Below are positions 1 through 64,000 of a DNA stretch of 64,000 nucleotides, in pieces. Numbering within the stretch: the first letter of the stretch is position 1; the number at the start of each line of letters is the position of its first letter. The DNA comes from Octopus sinensis (taxonomy: Eukaryota). The position numbers and the translations under genes are program-made. The notes below the pieces were generated by a model. It had not been told where the DNA came from. It made no database searches and saw nothing but the letters and a program-made list of their open reading frames with translations. The stretch spans positions 16,553,360-16,617,359 of the forward strand of contig NC_043019.1 in the NCBI RefSeq assembly GCF_006345805.1, written 5' to 3'.

Positions 1-927
1 GCCTACTGGCTTGTCAGTCCCCAGTCAAACCGTCAAACCTATGCCAGCATGTAAAGCGGACATTAAACGATGATGTGTGTGTGTTCGTGTTTTCTAGTCT
101 TGACACCATGTGATAGCTGTAAACGAGTTTCACCATCATACAAGCAGTGTCCTTCATTTCTAATTTTCTACAGAAATATTGAGCCATGGGGAAATATTAC
201 ATTCCTTAGAAAACAAATGTGGATTGGAGACAGGTAGGGGCAGCCAAGTGTAAAAAAATCTGCCCAAACAAATTCCATCTCATTCATGTATGGAAAAATG
301 GATGTTAAAATTATGAAATTCCTGTATTGTTAATAGTGCATCCCCATACGTCCTATATGTATATTTATTTGTATGTGAAATAAACAGGATTATATATTTA
401 AAACCATATGTGTGTGTGGTAAGAAGCTTGCTTCCCAACCACATAGTTCTGGGTTCAGTCCCACTGTGTGGCACCTTGGGCAAATGTCTTCTACTATAGC
501 CTTGGGCTAACCAAAGCCTTGTGAGTGGATTTAGTAGACGGAAACTGAAAGAAGCCCATTGTGTGTATGTTTCTGTTTGTCCACCCCACCATTGCTTGAC
601 AACCAATGTTGGCGTGTTTACATCCTAGTAAATTAGCGGTTCAGCAAAAGAGACCGACAGAAAATGTACTAAGCTTACTAGAATAAATCCTGGGGTCGGT
701 TTGTTCAACTAAATGTGGTGCTCCAGCATGGCCACTGCAGTCAAATGACTGACTCAAGTAAAAGAATATACGTATGTATATGCATATCATCATCTAATTA
801 ATAAGCTCATGACAAGCATTTCCAAGTTCCTTCATGGTTATTGGCCACCCTATGCCATCATGCAGCAGGAGCACTCCTTTTAACTGGCTACACATGTTTT
901 CAGAATTTCTATTAGAACTTCTAAGAT

Positions 928-1192
928 AAGAAGATGGGATGCACAGGCTTTAATCACAAATCGCAATTGTTTCTGTGCAATGATAACAGCTGTTGTTGAG
1001 TTTTCCATATCATTCTGTTACATAAAGTATTTTCTAAATAATTACTTAAATATATATGATTCAGCTGCAGCTGTGTTCTAGCACATCATCAGGTGAGTGG
1101 CTTTGATAACACTCGGCCAGTAACAGATGTTACTATTGCACAGAAACAATTGTTGTGATTTGTACTTAAATCCTGTTCATTCCATCTTCTTT
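928..1192. mobile_element. MITE with ~65-bp imperfect TIRs
   Basis: agaagatgggatgcacagg...aattgtttctgtgcaat matches the reverse complement of attgcacagaaacaatt...tcctgttcattccatcttct. Confidence 0.7.
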
Positions 1193-1269
1193 ATATATAT
1201 ATATATATATATATATACTCAATTTGACAACTCCACTAGAATGGACGAAAGCGCTGATTATATGATATA

Positions 1270-1525
1270 TCTCTTATTATAAAAGGCAGATTTTATCTGC
1301 TTCCCTTTTTATCTGCTTCCCATTTTAATGCATTTTTTCGCTTTTATATAAGGGAAGTAACTCTCTAAAAATATCTACGATGTGTCAACGATTTAAAAAA
1401 AATTTACCTTAATTTTTTTTCAATTTTTAATGCATTTTTTTTGCTATTTTTTGGCTATAACTCTCTAAAAATGCTTATATAGTTATTTCCCTTACAACCC
1501 GAGCAACGCCAGGCGATACTGCTAG
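1270..1525 (+). mobile_element. Short non-autonomous Helitron
   Basis: A|TC start, degenerate GC-rich 3' hairpin (cccgagcaacgccaggcg), CTAG|T end. Confidence 0.65.
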
Positions 1526-1751
1526 TGATGTATAAAAACATGTAATATACAAATAAATATCTGTAAATATAAAACCATCCGAATTTCTGAGTACCTCATT
1601 TCTTCTAATATATACTCACATATACATACACAAACATATATACACACATATATATATATATATATAAACATAGATATATACACATGCACACAAGCGCTTA
1701 CACACCACTGACTGAGCTTTCTAAATGTATGAAATATCTATTTACTTTCAG

Positions 1752-57153
<55,402 letters not shown>

Positions 57154-57354
57154 CACAATAATCATAATAATAACAATAATCATAATAATAACAATAATAA
57201 TAATAATATTACACAGATATTATAAACGATTAAAAGATAACATGCAACAGACTGCTAAGTCTGTGGAACAAACATTGTGAACTTTAGGATTCTCATTTTG
57301 GATGGAACTGTTACCAAAACATACATAATATACACACACACACATATGTATGTA

Positions 57355-57390
<36 letters not shown>

Positions 57391-57436
57391 CACATACATA
57401 TACATACACATATATGTATACACATGCACTCATTGT

Positions 57437-57468
<32 letters not shown>

Positions 57469-58728
57469 TAGACACACACACATATACATGTACATTATAT
57501 GTATACTTCTGTGTGTATGCATGTGTTTGTTTATATACACACATATGTATATATACATTTACATGTGTGTATATGTATACACACACAAATATGTTTATGT
57601 ATATGCATGTTTGTGTATGTATATATATGTGTGCATACACACATACACACACACATTCACTTACATACCCATGTATATATGTGTGTGTGTGTATATATAT
57701 ATATATTTATTCATACATATATTCTGAGGAGACAAAACAAAAATCTGAAAACAAGAGTTAAATATTTAAAATAATAAAAACCAATGAAACTTCAATTAGC
57801 AATGATGCTGTGTTTGGTCAGTTGGCAGAGACGACAACAGTGGTGATGATGATGATGATGATGTCTTGTACGAGATGTCCGGTCTGTGAGCAGACACAAC
57901 AGTGATGGTGTGTCTTGTGTAAGATGTTCTGTGATGACTCCTGCTAGCAGCAACATTTGTAGTGACCGACAACTACAACTACAACAGAAATACTAGCAAG
58001 AATCTGAGGGAATGGCAATGCATTTGTATATACAAACTAAGACTATATAGATGTACACCTACATGAAAATGTGTGTGTGTGTATATATATATATATATTT
58101 ACACACACATAGATATACATTTTTATATACATTCATACACACACACATGGTTACATTTAATAATGTGTGTGAGTGTGTGTATATAGATATATATTCACAC
58201 AAATATGTATATTTATAAACACACACACACATATATATATATTGAATAAGCTTGCTGGGAACATATATATAATTATATACTTGGCTAGTTTTATGTAATT
58301 AACAAACTGGACACAACATAAAGTGCGTGGGTATTTGATGAGGGTGGTGGGGCTGGTGGAATGTGTGCATGACATGGTTGAGGTGATGCCCTCCAACATA
58401 CGCAATATGATGTCCTCTCTCTATGTGTGTGTGTGTAATTGTTTGTCTGCTTCTCTGTTTATGCTACAGAATCTTCACACACGAAACGCACATTTTCTTC
58501 AGAAGTATAACAGCAACCTGATGGACTTCACTGCCCATTCTTTTCTCTCACAGTCCATCCACCACCACCACCACCACCCCTCATGTTACAACTTTGTTTT
58601 ATACTAACACCATCACACATTAACATTTGCACGCGCACATACACACACACACACATACAAATCTGGCAAAGGAAAAGGCCTGTTCCCCATGCAGTGAGCC
58701 AACAATGGGAAAAACTTAGATCAGATTA

Positions 58729-58770
<42 letters not shown>

Positions 58771-58876
58771 TAGATGTATATATATATATATATATAGATA
58801 GATGTATATATATATATATATAGATAGATGTATATATATATGTATATATATATATGTATATATATATGTCTGTATG

Positions 58877-58920
<44 letters not shown>

Positions 58921-59243
58921 ATTAATACAGATGCATATTGTGATTCAAAAGTCTCCTCAGCATTCAACTGATTAACAACTGTCATTAGTTGAGATTAATG
59001 TACACCTCATCTCATCTCCCTCTCTGGCTCTCTCCCTCTTCACCTACCTCCCCCTGTTGAATGCCATGGCTCAGGAGTTACAGGGTAGCTGGATCTGTGC
59101 CGTTGCCATCCACCCGGCCACCCCACACCTGAACTTCCCTCATCACTTAACTATGCTTGGCCACTTTACAGTTATTTTGTGCCATTTTTCAGACTGTGAA
59201 GTCAAGAATATTCTCTCATCTTTTGATAAAGACATTTTTGTAA

Positions 59244-59281
<38 letters not shown>

Positions 59282-59830
59282 GTATGTGTTTGTGTGTATG
59301 TATATATACACACACACCACACACACACATATATATTTATGTGTGTGTCAAAAGATATCTGCAACAAAATAGCAGCGATATTAAAAATATATATTAAAAA
59401 TAATACAAAATTGTATATATCATTTAAATTCTAAAAGGTCTTTTTCAAGGCCCTGCATATATATATATACATACATACATACATACATACAAACACACAC
59501 ACACACTTCTACATACATATATTAAGAGTGTATATATTTGTGTGTGTGCACACACCAAATCTCTCTATAAACTCAAACTAATCAGACAGAGAAACGGAAG
59601 TATTATTTCCTGTCTAAAAATAGCAACTCATAATTTATTCTGATTTTTTTTTATTCAGCATTTTTTCATTTCATTTTTATTTTATTTATGAGTATTATTT
59701 TTTTTTAGTTTAGAATTGTTTTTGTTTTTTTTCCTCCCTCCCCCTGAAAAGATTATTTCTCTTAAAAGCATATTTTCTATTAAAACAGATAAAAATAATA
59801 TTGAAATAAAAATTTAAAGAAATTTAAACA
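57154..59830 (+). other. Putative REXO1 3' UTR, microsatellite-rich
   Basis: Follows the stop codon; largely lacks the SINE copies seen in the introns; AATAAA candidates near 57773 and 59805. End not determinable from sequence. Confidence 0.4.
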
Positions 59831-59882
59831 ACTTCATTTGCCATATTCTTACAACTTGAACCAAGAATTGCATCAGACCTCT

Positions 59883-59913
<31 letters not shown>

Positions 59914-62900
59914 ATATTTGATAGTTTCAGGCAAATTTCTGCTGCATCACCTGCTCCACCACCATCTTGCTTCAGATCAATGTAATTGACTTAACCCACT
60001 CCCTGAAATTGCTGCCCTTGTGGCAATATTTGAAACCATTATTATTATTATTATTATTAAAATCTTTACTACCCACAAGGGGCTAAACATAGAGGGGACA
60101 AACAAGGATTGACAAACGGATTAAGCCGATCACATCGACCCCAGTGCGTAACTGGTACTTAATTTATCGATCCCGAAAGGATGAAAGGCAAAGTCGACCT
60201 CGGCGGAATTTGAACTCAGAACGTAACGGCAGATGAAATACCGCTAAGCATTTTGCCCGGCGTGCTAACCATTCTGCCAGCTCGTCGCCTTGATTATTAT
60301 TATTATTATTGACTGGTAAGATCATAAGAACATTGGACCAAATACTCACAGCATTTCTTGTGGCTCATTTTGAATTTAAAATCACAGAGATTTACTTTGC
60401 CTTTCATCTTTTGGGGGTTGATAAAATAAACACCAATCAGGTACTTGGGGTGGGGAAGGGGGTCAATCTAATCACTTAGCCCCGTCCCCACTAAATTTCA
60501 GGCCATGTGCCCATATAGTAGAAAGAACTATTATTAGTTATTATTGGATTTTCTCCTAAGTTTATCAATGTCACATCTCAGCTCCTTCTTGAAGCTTAGA
60601 GACACGACTTTTTCCTAAACACACAAACTCTGATGAGTATTTGCTGCCAACTGAATGCTTCCTATCAAATTTGGTATTTGCAGCTTTTCGTGCTAGAATA
60701 TTGCTCTCTTCACCAATCACTGTAGGAACCATACTTACTTTTGAGGACCCTGCTTATTAGCTTTGCTGACGATCCTCCCTTACTGATATAGCTGAAGGTC
60801 CGCCTGAACATCTGGTTGTCTTCAGAAAGAAAAAATGATTTGGCCCCCAAGTGTCTTACCTGGGTCCCAATGATGGTGTTAAATTGATCAATATGTTAGT
60901 CCTCGATTTGTGCAGGGTTTTGTTTATTGTTCTTGAAGCTTTGTATCTGTAAATAATTCTCTTATATTTAAGTTGTCAAATTTCAAGACCAAGTGTTTTA
61001 TCTGCTAAATACAAACTCTTTTTCCATTCTGGCATCACCACTCGTACCTATGTCACCAAATATCTGCAAGACTAACTCTACATGTCCAATCAAACCTAAA
61101 TCTAGCAGTTAAATCTCCTACAAATCACATTCTACTGTTTTAAGAAGGGAAACATTTGATAATGTATTCCAGGCTACACAATGCCCAGAAAAAAATTGCA
61201 ATGATTACCGCTTCTACCCTGGAACTAAACCTCAACAAGACTCCAAGATCCAACTTGACACTTTCTTCCCATGTCTTCCATGGTCTTCCACTGTTAAACT
61301 ATGGCTACATTTTGCTCTCCTTTAGACTTGGTTTTTCTTTGTACTGACATGTGTAATTGGTAAATTTGATATTGGTCATCTGGAAATCATTAGCATTTTA
61401 TCCCATTACTAGATATATTTGCATAGAAAATTGGAATGGAATGATATCACATTTAATTACAACTATTACATAATGTCAAGACAAGGTGATACACAAACAC
61501 ATGTATACAACAAGCTTCACTCAACCAAATCTACTGCCAAGGGTTTGGTCAGTGCTGTAGCAGAAGATACCGAAGGTGCTGCCAAGTGGGCAAGCATATG
61601 TGTGTGTGTAATTAAGGTGTGAGTATAAGCTGTGGTGAAGACCATAATGGCCTTTGATTCAGTCCCAGGTGTCTTCTATTATAACCTTGGCTGGACTAAA
61701 GCTTCATAGAAGGATTTGGTACATGGAAACTGAAAGGAGCCCCTCATCTTGACATCATGTGTGATGGTGGTAGTCAAACATCACCATTATACAATTGTTA
61801 GTGTTTATTTCCAGTGTTGTGTGAAAAATCTCTCTTGCTATTGAAGAATATTACTTTGCTTGGAAACAGGTGAGGGCTGATGACAGGAATGGCACCTAGG
61901 GATAGAAAACCTGATTCAACAAATTCCGTCTGACCCATGCAAGCATGGAAAAGTGGACATTAAATGAGGATTTATACATTATAAATCTATGACTTCTCTT
62001 TTCACATCAGATCTACATTGTTATCCTTGAATAAAGTGGAAAAGACCAACAAATACAGAACTTTTGTTTTACTAAATGTTGATAATTTATGAGTTGGAGG
62101 GTTAGAAAAAAAAAATTAGTAAATTAGTTCTGGGAAGGATGTTTAAAACCTGCAAAGTGGTGGTTTGTAAAGTTATTTCATCAAAGTGTAAATATATAAA
62201 GAAGTTTGTATTTTTACCTGTTTAAAGTTGGAAGAATCAACTGAGAGATGTTGACACACCTGTAGTGCTACAGTTTTATGTGTATTTGAGGCAAGATTTC
62301 AAACTGCTTATCTACGAAACCAAAGTGTTAGCATGTGGATGTATTGAAGGTCCTGTCTGACTTGATTTGCTGTATATGAGAGTACAGCTAGAAGAGGTGT
62401 GGAGTTGTATTGATATCTGTGTGAAATGTCTAGTCTGCACAATGAGTTGAATTAACATGTATGTGGCTGAGTATCTCACTACCAAGTGTATCAATGTAAT
62501 TCTCAGGTGAAATCAGCCTGAAATTGTGTGACAAGGCTCTACCAGTTCAATTACAGGTACAGTCTCATTGGGTTTTCATACATTTTCCATTTACCCAAAT
62601 TTGCTTACATGGTATGGCTTCATTTGAGGTTATTGAAAGGGACTCTTGTCCAAGGTGCCATGCAGTAGATTTGAAAGCAGGACCTCATTATTGCCAAGGG
62701 AGCTTCTTAACTCTTCAGCCATACTGCACCTACACATGCACACACTCAGAATTAGAAAAGCGGATAAATGCAAGGAGGTTTAATAAGTATATTTACATAG
62801 AATACAAAAAGAAACAGTAAGGAGTAAAGAATACAAAAATAAAAAAACACTGGATTTGTGCACTAGGTCTATCTTAACAGCTGTTTCGGGTGAAACAGCA

Positions 62901-63119
62901 ATGACCTAACAGCTACAGACTGCAGTAAAGAAAGAAGGAAGAAAAGAAGAGGATTTCTCATTTACATGTTCAGTGACTGAGAAGATTTGTTCTGGTGGAG
63001 AAATATCAATCACAGACTTCATATCGATCTTCTCTTATACCAGACTTGTTACGTCATCATTTATGAGCTTCCCCTTTTTTTAAAACTCTGCTCAAGAGAT
63101 TCATAATGATTCAAAAGCC

Positions 63120-63285
63120 TTCCAGTCCCTGCTGCTCGCCTCATTTCATTGCAGATTCATCTTGAACCAGGTCCTTCTATGGGTTTCAGTTGATAATTCA
63201 GGGTTGCTTTCAATGCATCTTTGAATCCTTTACAAAGTGCACCAACACTGCTACATCCCTTTATAAGTTCACAATAGGAAATGTG
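63120..63285 (-). mobile_element. Decayed RTE/BovB-like LINE fragment
   Basis: Minus strand reads YCELIKGCSSVGALCKGFKDALKATL, like the Y.EL..G.R..G...R.KD.LK C-terminal motif. Confidence 0.5.
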
Positions 63286-63456
63286 TGTCACTACTTGACA
63301 AATGGTGTTGGTTTGTTTATGTCCTTGTAACTTAGCAGTTCAGCAAAAGAAACCAGTAGAATGAATACTGATGTCAATCTATTTAAGCCTACAATGTGGT
63401 GCTCCAGCATGGCTGCACTCCAATAACTGAAACAAGTAGAAGAGTGTGTATGTGTG

Positions 63457-63697
63457 CAGCGGCAGACTGGCCAGTAGGCCCCTGCACCGTTAGAATCCAT
63501 ATATGGGAGCCCGTGTTAGTATCTAAGGGGCCCATCTCCTTAAGTTTGAGAATTTTTTATTCACTCCAGAAAGAATGCATTAATTATTTTCAGACTGGCC
63601 ATGTTTGTAGATAATTGAAAAGAATATAGCACTGTAGTTGCGGCTGGGACCCCTTAGTCTCCTGGCAACCAATATTTTTAGACGCAGTCCGCCACTG
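63457..63697. mobile_element. hAT-like MITE
   Basis: TIRs CAGCGGCAGACTG / CAGTCCGCCACTG; 8-bp flanks tatgtgtg / tgtgtgtg. Confidence 0.7.
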
Positions 63698-64000
63698 TGT
63701 GTGTGTATCTCTTTTCTTTCTCTTTTTACTTGTTTCAGTCATTTGACTGCAGCCATGCTGGTGCACCGCCTTTAATCGAGCAGCTCGACCCCAGGACTTA
63801 TTCTTTGTAAGCCCAGTACTTATTCTATTGGTCTCTTTTGCTGAACCGCTAAGTGACGGGGACATAAACACACCAGCATCAGTTAAGCTATGCTAGGGGG
63901 ACAAACACAGACACATGAACATACATATATATACACATATACGACGGGCTTCTTTCAGTTTCCGTCTACCAAATCCACTCACAAGGCTTTGGTCGGCCCG

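Noticed and set aside
1060-1100. CTGATGA...GAACACAGCTG on the minus strand as a hammerhead
   Set aside because: GAAA core is broken and there is no convincing stem I or II.
62870-62900. GAAACAGCTGTT / small hairpin as a hammerhead
   Set aside because: No CTGANGA partner in position.

Overview
Eukaryotic, AT-rich, microsatellite- and transposon-dense genomic DNA; the repeat families suggest an octopus or other coleoid cephalopod (inference). The window holds most of one + strand gene, an RNA exonuclease 1 homolog (REXO1 / Elongin A-binding protein 1). I traced 14 phase-compatible GT-AG coding exons from 1752 to the TGA stop at 57151-57153 (about 1,340 aa; the N-terminal exon(s) lie upstream of the window), ending in an intact DEDDh exonuclease domain. 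The introns contain three tRNA-derived SINE families, RTE, CR1 and R4/Dong-like LINE ends, a decayed mariner, Helitron/HINE elements and several MITEs. The two most interesting observations: (1) a CpG-rich internal promoter at about 38.3-39.2 kb with an in-phase alternative first coding exon (39032-39214) predicting a short (~469 aa) REXO1 isoform with its own Cys/His-rich N-terminus; (2) a direct-repeat (Penelope/retrozyme-like) block at 18.1-19.6 kb containing a hammerhead-ribozyme-like fold with a compensatory U3-A8 core. All coordinates were read by eye; no searches were run.
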